From Mobula hypostoma (lineage: Eukaryota), in contig NC_086098.1 in NCBI RefSeq assembly GCF_963921235.1, forward strand, positions 155,682,001 to 155,746,000: a stretch of 64,000 nt of DNA, given 5' to 3'. Made by a program: the position numbers and the translations under genes. This document shows, piece after piece, positions 1 through 12,187 of this stretch (position 1 is its first letter; every line of letters starts with the position of its first letter). The notes beneath the pieces are model-generated. The model made no database searches. It was given only the letters and a program-made list of their open reading frames with translations, and was not told the DNA's origin.

Positions 1-1323
1 GACTCCCAAGTCCCGTTGCATCTCAGAACTTTGAATTCTCTTCCCATTTAAATAACAGTGTTCCCGTTTATTTCTTCTACCAAGGTGCATAACCATACAC
101 TTTCCAACATTGTATTTCATTTGCCACTTCTTTGCCCATTCTCCCAATCTATCGAAGTCACTCTGCAGACTCTCCGTTTCCGCAGCACTACCAGACCCTC
201 CACCTATCTTTGTATCATCAGCAAATTTAGCCACAAAGCTATTTATTCCATAATCCAAATCGTTGATGTACAACGTAAAAAGAAGCGCCCCCAACACGGA
301 CCCTTGTGCAACACCACTGGTAACCGGCAGCCAACCAGAATAGGATCCCTTTATTCCCACTCTCTGTTTCCTGCCAATCAGCCAACGCTCTATCCACGTA
401 TGTAACTTTCCTGTAATTCCATGGGCTCTTATCTTGTTAAGCAGCCTCATGTACGGCAGTTTGTTAAAGACCTTCTGAAAATCCAAATGCAGAACATCCA
501 CTGCATCTCCCTTGTCTAGCCTACTTGTAATTTCCTCAAAAAATTGTAATAGGTTTGTCAGGCACGATTTTCCTTTAAGAAAACCATGCTGAGTTCTGCC
601 TATCTTGTCATATGCCTCCAGAAACTCCGTAACCACATCCTTGACAATCGACTCCAATAACTTCTCAACCACCAATGTCAAACTAACAGGTCTATAATTT
701 TTTTTTGGTTCCTTGCCCCCTTCTTAAATAGCGGAGTGACATTTGCAATCTTCCAGTCCTCCGGAACCATGCCAGAATCTATTGACTTTTGAAAGATCAT
801 TGCTAATGCCTCCGCAATCTCCACAACTACTTCCTTCAGAACACGAGGGTGCTTTCCATCTGGTCCGGGAGATTTATCTACCCTCAGACTATTCAGCTTC
901 CTGAGAACTTTCTCTGTCGTAATTGTGACTGCGCACACTTCTCTTCCCTGCCACCCTTGAGTGTCCGGTATACTGCTGTCTTCCTCAGTGAAGACTGATG
1001 CAAAATACTCGTTCAGTTCCTCCGCCGACCTGATTTTCCCAATCCGCTCGCATGTTAAAATCCCCCACAATTATCATAATACTGCCCTTCTGGCAAGCCT
1101 TTTCTATTTCCTGTTGTAATTTGTAATCCACATCACTGCAGCTGTTAGGAGTCCTGTATATAACTGCCATCAGTGTCCTTTTACCCGTGCGATTTCTTAG
1201 CTCAACCCATAAAGGTTCTGCACCTTCCGATCCTATGTCACCTCTTTCTAATGATTTAATATCATTTCTTACCAATAACGCCACTCCATCCCCTCTGCAT
1301 ACTTGCCTATACTTTCGATACAC
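1..1323 (-). mobile_element. CR1-clade LINE (5'-truncated, degraded ORF2) inserted in the J-C intron of IgL cluster 1; continues off the left edge
   Basis: Minus ORFs 985-1323 (endonuclease-like ...VIYRTPNS...IIVGDFN) and 678-1070 (KSPGPDG..HPRVLKE..VPEDWKIANVTPLFKKG). IgL intron homology with units 2/3 resumes at about 1325. Confidence 0.9.
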
Positions 1324-1452
1324 CGCGTATCGTGGCTGGATATTTGAAAAATGCCACTATTTGTTTCGAAGCCACTCTTAGACGACACAATTGTAATTAT
1401 TGTTCACGTAAGTATCAAAAGGCCAAACGCATTGATTTGATATTTTACTTAC

Positions 1453-1800
1453 TGCCGACTCCCAGCCTCGTTCCTTTGCCGAAGGTGCAAACATCTGATT
1501 TCCACAGAGCACAGTAATAGTCTGCCGCATCCTCCGACTGGACGCTCGATATTGTCAATGTTGCCGTGTTGCCTGATACTGAGCCGCCGAAACGGTTCGG
1601 AACTCCGGAGCCTCGGTAAATGCTGCTCCCCGAATAATAGGTGAACAGATACCGAGGAACTTTTCCGGGAACCTGCTGGTACCAGTAAATATTGCTACTT
1701 CCTAAAGAGGTTCCAGACAAGGTGCAGGGTATTTGAACGTTCTGCCCCGGGGATGTGGATTTCGAAGGTGGCTGATTCAGTGCAACTTCCGCGTTGATAT
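1453..1800 (-). CDS. IgL cluster 1 germline-joined V-J exon, open
   Basis: AG acceptor at 1802-1801, GTAAGT donor at 1452-1447. 348 nt encode (Y)INAEVALNQPPSKSTSPGQNVQIPC..WYQQ..DAADYYC-ALWKSDVCT-FGKGTRLGVG, with both V cysteines, Trp and FGxG, and no RSS between V and J. Confidence 0.95.
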
Positions 1801-1924
1801 CTGGAAAAGTTCAGAGGGAAGAAACAATGTACCGAGATTAATATTAGAGTAATACCAGAAGTGCGAGAAAAATATCATTGAATGGTGTTCGAGATTCAAT
1901 ATAATGTCCATAGAAAATACTCAC

Positions 1925-1973
1925 AAATTGCAGTGAAAACCAGCGTACTGACCACATATACCCAGCAAGACAT
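1925..1973 (-). CDS. IgL cluster 1 leader exon (MSCWVYVVSTLVFTAI)
   Basis: ATG at 1973, hydrophobic 16-codon signal peptide, phase-1 GTGAGT donor; 124-nt intron splices in frame to the V exon. Confidence 0.92.
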
Positions 1974-2082
1974 TGTAATTAATTGAGTGAAGCTCACACA
2001 AGGTGCGGCGGTTAAGTGGCGTCTCAACCTTTCAGCTCGCTTATGAATCCTGTGACGAGGTGGCACTGCGTGTTCCCTATTT

Positions 2083-2092
2083 ATGCAAATCA
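2083..2092 (-). promoter_or_regulatory. IgL promoter octamer/decamer TGATTTGCAT, cluster 1
   Basis: Perfect ATTTGCAT in the light-chain orientation about 110 bp upstream of the ATG; same position in cluster 2. Confidence 0.85.
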
Positions 2093-2683
2093 GTTCAAAC
2101 AGAATGGCACATTGACACCAATCACAAGTTGCCAACTTTTTCCTGTATTAAATTATTTTCATGTTGTTAGGCAGACAACATTTGGTTTCGAGTTGTGTAT
2201 TTCGCCAATGTATTTTAGATAAAGAACTTCTCTTCTTGTCCCGACAGTTTGCACACTATACGCGAAGCTTACACCCTTTTTTAAGATGGTGTGTCCGAGA
2301 TTTTTGATAGCAGGAGACTAGAAAAAATATTGGGAATTATTAATGGATCTGTAGGGTTGTTAATAAAGTCCAAGCCACTTGCCTGTACATTTTTAGAAAA
2401 CTCACTGCGAAACAGATGTAAAGGGTTTGCAATGATTTTGAAAAGCTTATTTTCCAGCAGCACCCGAATCACTCTCTTTACTGAAGATATTCAGAAGGAA
2501 AATTGAGAATTGTATTGTATCAACCAGAGAGCTTTTTGCGTGTTATGAATAATTAAAAATAAATCAAATGATTCAGTTGGTGCCGAGGGTGGTTCACTAT
2601 AAACTCTGCGAACCTTTGGTCAACATGGGGAGCTACATTTACATGTAACCACAGGTGCCTTATACCATATAATGTACGTAGCT

Positions 2684-3058
2684 GTGGCGGGGTGAAGATA
2701 CGTCTTCACCAAAGGGGATGTGAGGCGCTCCATCCCACCGCTAACCTGCAGGTCACGCTAAGGTAACGTACGTTCCTGCTTAACCCCACGATCAGTGTCA
2801 CGTGAAGCAGGCGAGCAGGCGGTGGATGGTCGTATGAGCAAATGATGCATATCACAAGTCCTGGTTATGTGACCACTGACGCCAGGCAGACAATCACTGA
2901 AGAGTATTGACAATGGCTGTGTTCACCCGACTTGTAAAGATACTGCCCAGGAGAAAGCAATGGCAACCACTTCTGTTCAAAAATTGTGAAGAATAATCAT
3001 TTCATGGATAATGGCATGACCGCCCACGTCATACAACAGTGCAAATAAAGCTGATGAT
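2684..3058 (+). mobile_element. SINE with RTE-LINE-like 3' tail (old insertion shared by all three units)
   Basis: About 375-bp repeat ending ...GCAATGGCAACCACTTCTG...(GAT)n; paralogous copies at about 26100-26478 and 47572-47937. Confidence 0.6.
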
Positions 3059-4759
3059 GTGTCTATATGAATTAAACAGACATTCTGGAACTGAACGTTT
3101 TAATTTCATTTGTCTCACAGATCAGGGAGAAAAAGTGAACAGGGAAAGAAATTCTTAGGTCTTAATAATATTCAAACCATCGAACATAGTAAATTTATAA
3201 GTATGTAATTCGGGACGTGAAGAGCTATTAGCAGGATAACGAATTTTAGATCAAGTATTTAAGCCGTGAGTGTTGTTATCCTATTTTTAAGTGCTTCCCT
3301 TATTCCTCAGAGAATAGGAGAACAAACTCTACAGTTCTGTGTCATTTTCAGGGGCATAAGAAGAGAGGACGTTTAACACAATGAAATTGAAAGGGACAGT
3401 TAGAATAGATTATGCCAGGCATCCCGAGTTCCTCCAGCATATCTCTCAATTCCTGTCGGGCCCCAGAATTGGAATCTGACAACCAGCAGCTACCCAAATA
3501 TCACAAAACAACACAGAATTTAAAGGACCATTTCCGAACCCTAGAAGTTCATGTCCTCTTTGCAACAGATTTTTACATAAGAAAGCGAGTCAGCGCGCGA
3601 ACTTATTCTATCAATAGATAAGCGGCAGAACTCTTTCCGAATAAGATATCGCCATCGCGTGGTCGCTATTCCAAACAGAAAACCACTGAGATTTGTTGCT
3701 TGCAAATTAAATCCATCTATATGCACGTTAACAAAACACCGGATGATATTAACTTGAAAGCAACAGCTGCACTTAAACTTTCGGCACACAACTCTAATGG
3801 AAATAAGTACATCGTTGTTACCAGATGGAGCGAGTCTTCTATCATGTACCGGGATGATGAACAACAGAAACGATCGTTTCCACGGAGGATTGTTTCACCT
3901 CACCATAGATTGCTGTGGTACAGGTGACATAAACCCTGCGAACATTGGAAAAAAAAACGTACATGATGCGAAGTCTATTTGTTGTTACAGTAACATTAAT
4001 CAAAGTAGCCTGAAGGAACATTTAATCATTTGCAATAAACTAATTTGCATTGGCAGCAATCATCCAAGTTGTCTTGAAAGGGTAAATTACTGGATTCGGG
4101 CTATTATTTGGAGACATTAACTGATGCATAGGGTTGCATGGCTGACACATTCCTCCTCAACTTCATATAATCGATATGTTTCCACAGTAATCGATGCAGC
4201 ACGTTTCGGGTTATTTTCCAATAGCTAAACCATGCTTTTCCTGACCTGGGAGTATTTGACAGAGTTGTGTGGAGGGTAATTTAGTTCACATCTGATTCTT
4301 GACGTACTATTTTGTAAATGTTTCAAAGGCCACGGAATAAGTTAGTGCACAAATTAGGTACGGTGTAAATCACCTTTACTTTCTCCAATTATTATCTCCT
4401 CGAGTTTGCAATAGTAAATTCATTTCTGTACATTTTCCTTTCACATACTGCAAGGATACGAGTATGGTGAGTTAAAAACAAAGACATTTCACTTACAATG
4501 TCGCGATAAACACTGACAGGGCCAGGACAGCACAAGGTAGATAGAAAGAAAAACTGCTACACTGCCCGTTAGTGAGTACCAATCTTCAACAGATGATGAG
4601 AGTTCTGCAGTAGCACCGTATCCTAAAACTAAATATAGAATTTAGTTAAAGAGACCCATTGTTTCGATTCCAGCATCAGAATCGACTTCCTCTTAGGAAG
4701 TGAGACTTGGCAAGCGTCTGGTGGGGGCCGCTTGGAGCCTGTCACCACAATTCTATTAG

Positions 4760-5850
4760 ATTTTGCAGGAGTTTTCAAAAAGAGACACGGTTAGTTCTCA
4801 ATTTCAAGGCCGAAATTGGGGCAAAGCAAAATTTGATGGGATTAGACCAAAACTCTCAAAGATCAATTCGGAGAAGGCGTTAGCAGGTATAGTGAAGTTA
4901 GGCAAGTCGGAAGCTTTTGAAAATGAAATACAGAGAATTCAGGGCCAATATAGCAGTGAACGGCAAGGTAGGTAGGAGCCGTAACTGATGGATGGAGATA
5001 GAGGTCGGCTGAAGAGAAATGAATAGCCAGCCGGGATGTAGCAAAAACTGTTGGGAAAATAAGGACTGCTGGAGTCCAGTTAATGACGAAATCGGGAGCG
5101 AAATGGGACAGAAGACATCTTGACCGGTAAATTGATCATAAGAGATTCTTTAAATATATAAAGAAGAAAAAAAAAGCAGCTAGGGAGAGAAAATGTCCAC
5201 TTTGCAATTAATTTGATTGCCGAAACAAAGGAGGACCTAAATGAATGCTTCTATTCTACTTTAAAGAGGAAAAGTCATGGAAGCGGGTAAACTCAAGGAC
5301 GAACACAGTGTTGACTTGAAAGGTAATGATATTATGTAAAATCGCTGTTTACGTTTTTGAAGAGGATAACGGTGAATAAATCCCGGGATCTTGCTATCTG
5401 TATCCCAAGACATGTAGCAAGCTTGGGTGCAGTTTGCTGGTTCCTTTGCAGAGACTTTTGTATCTTCGTTAACCACAGGTGTACAAGATAATGAGAAGCT
5501 GACACGATAATGAGAAGCATTGATCATGTGGATAGTCGAAGGCTTTTTGCCAGGACTGAAATGGATAGCACGAGAGGACACAGTTTTAACGTGCTTGAAA
5601 GTAGGTACAGAGGAGATGTCATGGGTAGGTTTGTTACACAGAGAGTGGTGACTACGTGGAATAGCCTGCCGGCGACGGTGGAGGCGGAAATGATAGGGTC
5701 TTTTAAGAGACTCCTAGATAGGTACATGGAGCTTAGAAAAATAAAGGGCTGTGGGTAAGCCTAGGTAGTTCTAAAGTAAGGATATGTTCGGCACAGCTTC
5801 GTGGGCCGAAGTGCCTGTACTGTGTTGTAGGTTTTCTGTGTCTCTCTGTT
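4760..5850 (+). mobile_element. Old CR1 remnant plus a younger CR1 3' end (about 5505-5850)
   Basis: ORF 5510-5758 (DHVDSRRLF..TRGHSFNV..FVTQRVVTTWNSLP) is the CR1 ORF2 C-terminus; the upstream decayed part is shared with units 2 and 3. Confidence 0.7.
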
Positions 5851-5969
5851 TCAAGGTATGGTTTGGAAATCTAAATTTGGCTGATGTTGCATCTTTATTT
5901 AAGTGAAACTTTAAGGATAAGATACGGAATTACAGCCTGGCGAGCCTAACAATACTGGTGGCTGTGTAC

Positions 5970-6757
5970 ATATAGAAACCATAGAAACCATAGAAACTAT
6001 AGCACAGAAACAGGTCTTTTGGCCCTTCTTGGCTGTGCCAAACCATTTTCTGCCTAGTCCCACTGACCTGCACACGGACCATATCCCTCCATACACCTCC
6101 CATCCATGTATCTGTCCAATTTATTCTTAAATGCTAAAAAAGAACCCGCATTTACCACCTCGTCTGGCAGCTCATTCCATACTCCCACCACTCTCTGTGT
6201 GAAGAAGCCTCCCCCCCAATGTTCCCTTTAAACTTTCCCCCCTCACCCTTAACCCATGTCCTCTGGTTTTTTTCTCCCCTTGCCTCAGTGGAAAAAGCCT
6301 GCTTGCATCCACTCTATCTATACCCATCATAATTTTATATACCATTATCAAATCTCCCCTCATTCTTCTACGCTCCAGGGAATAAAGTCCTAACCTATTC
6401 AACCTTTCTCTGTAACTGAGTTTCTCAAGTCCCGGCAACATCCTTGTAAACCTTCTCTGCACTCTTTCAACCTTATTTATGTCCTTCCTGTAATTTGGTG
6501 ACCAAAACTGAACACAATACTCTAGATTCGGCCTCACCAATGCCTTATACAACCTCATCATAACATTCCAGCTCTTATACTCAATACTTTGATTAAAAAA
6601 AGGCCAATGTACCAAAAGCTCGCTTTACGAACCTATCTACCTGTGACGCTACTTTTAGGGAATTTTGTATCTATATTCCCAGATCCCTCTGTTCCACTGC
6701 ACTCCTCAGTGCCTTACCACTAACCCTGTATGTTCTACGTTGGTTTGTCCTTCCAAT
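5970..6757 (-). mobile_element. CR1 LINE 3' portion with (ATAGAAACC)n tail
   Basis: ORF 6172-6615 (LYKALVRPNLEYCVQFWSP..LERRRMRGDLI); tail repeats at 5972-6000. Confidence 0.92.
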
Positions 6758-9700
6758 ATCTACTGATGCCTCTGGGCATATCTTTAGTGATGTTCCTGGA
6801 ATCATCGGAGGTTTCGGGTCTTTCAACATCACACACCCTCCTCCAGGTGATCCAGCCGGGGCTGATCAGACCCCAGCTTGTGTCCAGATGGCCAGCTACT
6901 TATGACTCCATAGTTCCCCTCTTTTGAGCCACAGCCATCTCGAGGCCCTCTCTGCCGCATCGGTGGTACTGCGGATGACTCTCCTCTTCCTCTCTCCCTC
7001 GATGCCTAAATTACTGAAGGCTCTAGATAAGGAACGGGCTGCGAATCCCCTCCAACCAATCTCCACTGGGAGGCACCTCGCTCTCCATCCAGCCTGCTGA
7101 CAGTTGCTGACCAGTCCTGCGTACTTGCACAGCTTCCTTTCAAAGGCCTCTTCCAAGCGATCTTCCCATGGGACTGTCAGCTCCAGCAGCACCACTTGCT
7201 TAGTAGACTCAGACACTAGGACAATGTCTGGTCGCAGGGTGGTGGCTACGATATGGTTGGGGATCTTCAGCTGCCGTTCGAGGTCCACCAACAGCTGCCA
7301 GTCCCGATCTTCTTTCTTCTTCTGCCGATGTTCTTTTGGCGTATATTGGCTGCTTCCCAGCTTTGACAAAGGCAATGGTCTGCTTGGAGGGTCAGGACCG
7401 CTTCGCACACTCAACTCCTGCGCTGATGGCTTCAGCTATGGTCCTCAGAACCTGATCATGCCTCCATCGGTACCGTCCCTCACTTAGTGCCCTTGCGCAG
7501 CCGCTGAAGATGTGCTCCAGCGTTCCTCGCTTAGAGGACAGTGGGCACGCAGATGACTCTGCCTTGCCCCATGTGTGCAGGTTTGATGGGCTTGGAAGCA
7601 CATCGTACACTGCCTGGATGAGAAATTGGATGCGGTGTGGTTCGGCTTTCCAAAGATCAGCCCAGGTTACTTTCCTCTCAACCGCATTCTCCCATCTTGT
7701 CCAAATTCCCTGTTGCTTCATTCCCACCACCTTGCAGGTTTTCGTCTCCTCCACTATTGCTCTCATCTCCTCCTCAACTAGGCGACGCCTTTCCTTCCCT
7801 CTGGTGTCCATTTGGGGAGTTGGAAAGGATCCTAGCCCAGCTCAGCCTCGTGTGACACTCCCACCAGCCTCTTGTGTCACAGCCTTGCCTCTGCTTCCTG
7901 ACAGCTTCCTCCGCCCTCCATTTCCTGCCAGTACTTACTTGGATCCCTGCTCTTGCCACCTTCGGGTCACTTGAGTCCCTATACTGTAGCACTTCTCTGG
8001 CTCTTGTTACATTGAATTCTTCCTCCAAGGATTTGAAGGGCAGTTGCAGTTTATTGTGGTGTCCATAGAGTGCGATGCTGCTCAGGCTCTTTGGCAGCCC
8101 CAGACATCTCCTGAGGTGGTTGCTAACCCGCTTCTCTAAGGTTTTGACTATCGAGGTCGGAACTGCGGAGACGAGAAGGGGCTACAGGATTCTCGGAAGA
8201 ATGCCATGCTGATGCACCCAGGCTTTAAACTTCCCAGGTAGGCTAGACTTGTCCACAGATTTCAGCCAGCCATCCAACGCGGTGCAGGTCGCCTGAATGG
8301 ATATCGTGTCCCTTAAAGAGCTGTCAAAAATTTTGCCTAAGCTCTTGACCGGCTTTTCTGTGATGGTTGGGATGGCTGTGCCTGCGATGCTGAACCGGAA
8401 CTTGTTCTCCACCTTCCCTTTCCTCAGCACCAGCGATCTTGATTTGGCTGGTTTGAAACGCATCCGGGCCCACTCCACCAGCTTTTCGAGTCCCGGCAGA
8501 ATCCACCGGCAGCCTGGGACTGATTCTGTGGTGACTGTGAGGTCATCCATGAATGCCCTGATAGGTGGCTGCCATTGAGCGGAATTCATTCTGGGTCCTC
8601 TGCACTCTGGTTCAGCAGACTTAGTGAGCATGTTCATGGCTAGGGAGAACAGTGTCACTGAGATAGTGCACCCTGTGATGATGCCGATCTCCACCTAGTG
8701 CCAGCTTGATATAATTGCTCCTGAAGAGACCCTCATCCTGAAGTTGCTGTAATAATCAAAGATAAGGTTTCTGATTCTGCTGCGGACGTGATATTTGGTC
8801 AGTGTGAGCTACACTGAAGCTTTGCGGAATGGCGCCATATGCATTTGCCAGATAAAGCCACAACACTGACAGGTTGCCCTTGTTCTCTCTGGCCTCCCTG
8901 ATGAGCTGTGTCACCACACTGATGTGCTCCGGACAGCCCGGCATCCCTGAAATGCCACCCTTCTCGACTGGTGTATCAATATAGGTGTTCTTTGCTAGGT
9001 AGGTGCACAGCCGATTAGAAACGGCACTGAAGAAGATCTTTGCCTCGACACACAGCAGGGAGATGATGCGAAACTGATCTATCTGGGTGGCATTTTCCTC
9101 CTTCGGGATCCACACCCCTTCAGCCTCTTTCCACTGTTCTCGGATCTTCCCCCTTCTCCAGAAGATTCCCAGGATCTTCCACAGACGCAGCAGGAGTTTG
9201 GGGCAGTTCTTGTACACTTTGTACGAGGTGTTGCTCGGTCCTGGAGCCGAGCTTGCCCTTGCTTTGCGGACGACCTCTCTGACTTCCTTTAGCTGCATCT
9301 CTGACATGTTGAACTGCACATCTGGTTCAGGTGGATCTATTAGGATGTCGCACTCTCCCAACTCCTGCTTTCTTTCAGGATCATTATATATCTTCTTCAG
9401 ATGTTGATCTATGTCTTCCTGCGAACAGACCAGTTTCCCACAGCGCTTCTCCCCCAGCAACTCCTGGGTGAACTTGAAGGGGTTGGCGATAAAGGCAGCA
9501 CGTTTTAGGGCCCTTTCACGCCGCCGCCTCCGATGCTACTCTGCCGGCGGAGGGCCTTGATCTTCTTTCGTAGTATGCACATCAGCCGGGCCAAGCCAAT
9601 GCGCTCCTCTTCGTCTGCCTCCTTGTATTGGGACTTCAGCGCTTTCATTTCCTGCCTGATGTTGTGGATCCTCAATGCTCTTTGGTTCCTCGAGTAAGGT

Positions 9701-10132
9701 GTTTCGGAGCCTTCCTTCTCCTCTTCTCCGAACCGTTCAGCTGCATTGCTGACAATGATTGTTGTCATGGCTATCAGCTACCTATCGACCCCTCCCTTCG
9801 CCGTTGCCTCCAGAATTTGGTTGATATCTTCATTAAACTGCTTCCACACTGAAGTCATGTTAGCTGCAGGCCATTTGATCCGATTCCTGTTCGACTTGAT
9901 TTTAGAGGGATTAGTTGCAACACTTGAAGGTTCCGGGCACTATGGCGTGACTCCAGGCCTGGCACCTCCTTCGTGTCACCAGGTTAGACACCTGCTCCTG
10001 CTCCCACCAAACACTTCATCCTTGCTTGGTGGATCTTCAAGCCGCGATCGTTCTTGCAGATTTTGCCACATGCACACTGCTTCCTCATAGTCGCTTGTTC
10101 ATTGCCTGGGTCTGATGCCGTTGTGCCGCTAG
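6758..10132 (-). mobile_element. HERO-like non-LTR retrotransposon (RT plus restriction-like endonuclease), frameshifted
   Basis: Collinear minus ORF pieces: N-terminal zinc finger CACGKICKNDRGLKIH; RT (GIITGCTISVTLF..FMDDLT); CCHC-like CP..RGTLEHIFSGC; RLE RPDIVLVS..LLELTVPWE..RKLCKY. Absent from units 2 and 3. Confidence 0.85.
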
Positions 10133-10249
10133 GAAAGTTACTGCAGGTAATTCTGCGAGACAGCATCTATATGCATATGGAAAGGCAAGGAATGCTTAGA
10201 AGAGTAAAGTGGCTTTGTGCGTGAGAAGTCACGGCTCCCGAATTTACAT

Positions 10250-10462
10250 ACCAAAGTTGCTGGTGAACGCAGCAGGCTAGGCAGCATCTCTAGGAAGAGG
10301 TACAGTCGACGTTTCAGGCTGAGACCCTTCATCAGGACGAAGGGTCTCGGCCTGAAGCCGTCGACTGTACCTCTTCCTAGAGATGCTGCCTGGCCTGCTG
10401 CGTTCACCAGCAACTTTGATGTGTGTTGCTTGAATTTCCAGCATCTGCAGAATTCCTGTTGT
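10250..10462. mobile_element. Fold-back Penelope-like pseudo-LTR insertion (213 bp)
   Basis: Inverted arms of about 85 bp homologous to the PLE tail at 42.9-43.06 kb; 14-bp TSD TCCCGAATTTACAT at 10236-10249 and 10463-10476. Confidence 0.85.
10305..10338 (-). ncRNA. Minimal type I hammerhead ribozyme motif
   Basis: Minus strand GTC-CTGATGA-AGGGTCTCAGCCT-GAAA-CG-TC-GAC. Confidence 0.6.
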
Positions 10463-11009
10463 TCCCGAATTTACATGGCTGTCTTGAAGATGTCACCAAA
10501 ATGGTTGACGTGGGCATGGTAGTAGTTGACCTCATGGAATGGACGTCTTGAATTATAATGAAAGACTGGGGTAATTTCAGATCGATTTCCTTTTACGCAT
10601 GTAGGCCGGTATTGATATTATAGAGCCTTACTAAATCGTGACGGGAATATATAGGGTGAAAGGTCAAAGTGCATTTCCCATTAACACGGAGCCGAAGAGT
10701 GGAGTGGATAGGCTTAAGGTGAGAGGAGAATATCAAAGATGAACTATGGATAAGTTTTCATCACAAAGGTGCTGACGATGTGGAAATACCTGCCAGAGGA
10801 AGGGGTAGGCCCTGCAAAAATTACGGAGTTTAAAATCCGTTTGGAGATATCCACAGATAGGAAATGTTTAAAGAGATAAGGGGAAAATGCAGGTGAATGG
10901 GTCCAGCTCAAGCGGACCCCTTTATCGGTATAGCCGAAGTGCGCCGAAGAATTCGGGAGTTGATCGCAATGCAGTGATAAATGATTTATCGATCAGCTAC
11001 TGCACTGGT

Positions 11010-11340
11010 CGTTTCGAACAGATGGGGCTCATTAGCCGTGATTGGCAGTTAATCTCGGAGAAAGAAAACCCCGATCTCAATCCCTCGCCTCCTTGCGGCT
11101 ATACCCACACATCGGGAAGGCCTCGGAGTAAACTCCGAGGGAACAATCCGGAGCTGGAGTCCCTACGGCAGTCCTACATTGAGTTCACTGTTGACTGGCA
11201 ACTCCTGCGACGCTGCCGTTCATTTGGGTTCACCAGATGCGTGGAGAGGGGGAGCTTGCTAAATGGGCAACAGCTTGTTCTTCATATCGTATTGCACAGG
11301 CTTGCGTATTTAGACAGCTAGGATGCAATATCCATGGTCG
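11010..11340 (-). repeat. Old interspersed repeat, probably an RTE-like LINE 5' region; paralogs at about 31880-32420 and 50550-51910
   Basis: Present in all three units with many substitutions and indels; family assignment from recalled similarity only. Confidence 0.4.
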
Positions 11341-11707
11341 ACTATGACCGACGGAAGACCTCACTTCACCCCACTGCAAAGGTGGCCCTTATCGCAGGGA
11401 TGGACATAGAGGGTGATTGTTGAATACCCTTCTTTTCTGGGTTCATAGCATGGGATAGGAAGGGAGCTGAAGGTGGAAGGCTGAAGAATAGCGAATGCTT
11501 GTCTCTGTGATCAGGCGCGAATTGGGAAGTGCTCGAGTAGCGCTCCATGTTTGCTTAGGTATCCAGGGTCATTTTGTTAAAACCCATGCAGCAGAGCGTC
11601 CTCTAGTCTTCTTGTATAGTCAAGCATTTAGGTGACGACATCTCTGTGTGAAGCTGATAGTTTCTGTGCAACTGGTAATCCACGTTAAAATAAATATTAG
11701 GTCATAT

Positions 11708-11800
11708 TAATAAATAAATAAATAAATAAATAAATATACATTCATTCATTCATTCATTCATTCATCCATTCATTCATTTATTTATATATATATATATTCA
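11708..11800. repeat. Compound microsatellite (AAAT)n(ATTC)n(AT)n
   Basis: Directly visible. Confidence 0.9.
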
Positions 11801-12187
11801 TTCGAATTGTAACTGCAACTGCGCAGCCAATTCTGTCACGGGAAGTTCTGAGTAATTGGAATGCAGCCAGTTAATTGTTCTTTTTTTTAAAAAAAAAATT
11901 ACGGTTATACATATTGTCCAGAGGAATAATCTCTCTCGCTCCTGCTGCTCTTGACAATAACAGCCCCAAAGGTCGTGTACTGTCACCGCATGTACCTAAT
12001 GCCGATTGTTTAACACGCATTCGGCACCGTTCTACAATGTCAGTCCACGTTTTTCAACCGTCTTCAGTGTGGGACTTGAACCCGCAACTTGCCATCTGAG
12101 AGGCCGCAGGTCAAGCCACCCAGTATTAAACGACTGACTCACGATTTGCTATCGTTCTTTAATATGGACATTTCTTTGTCATTCCAG

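Noticed and set aside
1896-2135. 79-aa ORF MATCDWCQ.. repeated at 46766-47005
   Set aside because: Promoter sequence read in frame into the leader exon and intron; not kept in cluster 2.
4170-4330. Acceptor-like TTTCCACAG followed by I-D-A downstream of the second octamer, a candidate V partner for the orphan C
   Set aside because: No Cys, WYQ or YYC in any frame I could read here or in the unit-2 paralog.
5304-5310. CACAGTG heptamer (also near 29654 and 49634)
   Set aside because: No nonamer at 12 or 23 bp; inside a CR1 relic.
7104-10090. Several 100-150 aa plus-strand ORFs (similar ones opposite CR1 and PLE elements)
   Set aside because: Antisense shadows of retroelement coding frames.
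10887-11321. 144-aa plus-strand ORF, with related ORFs at 31877-32401 and 51694-51909 (contains WYQ)
   Set aside because: Frame not conserved among units, no V-domain pattern; lies in an old interspersed repeat.
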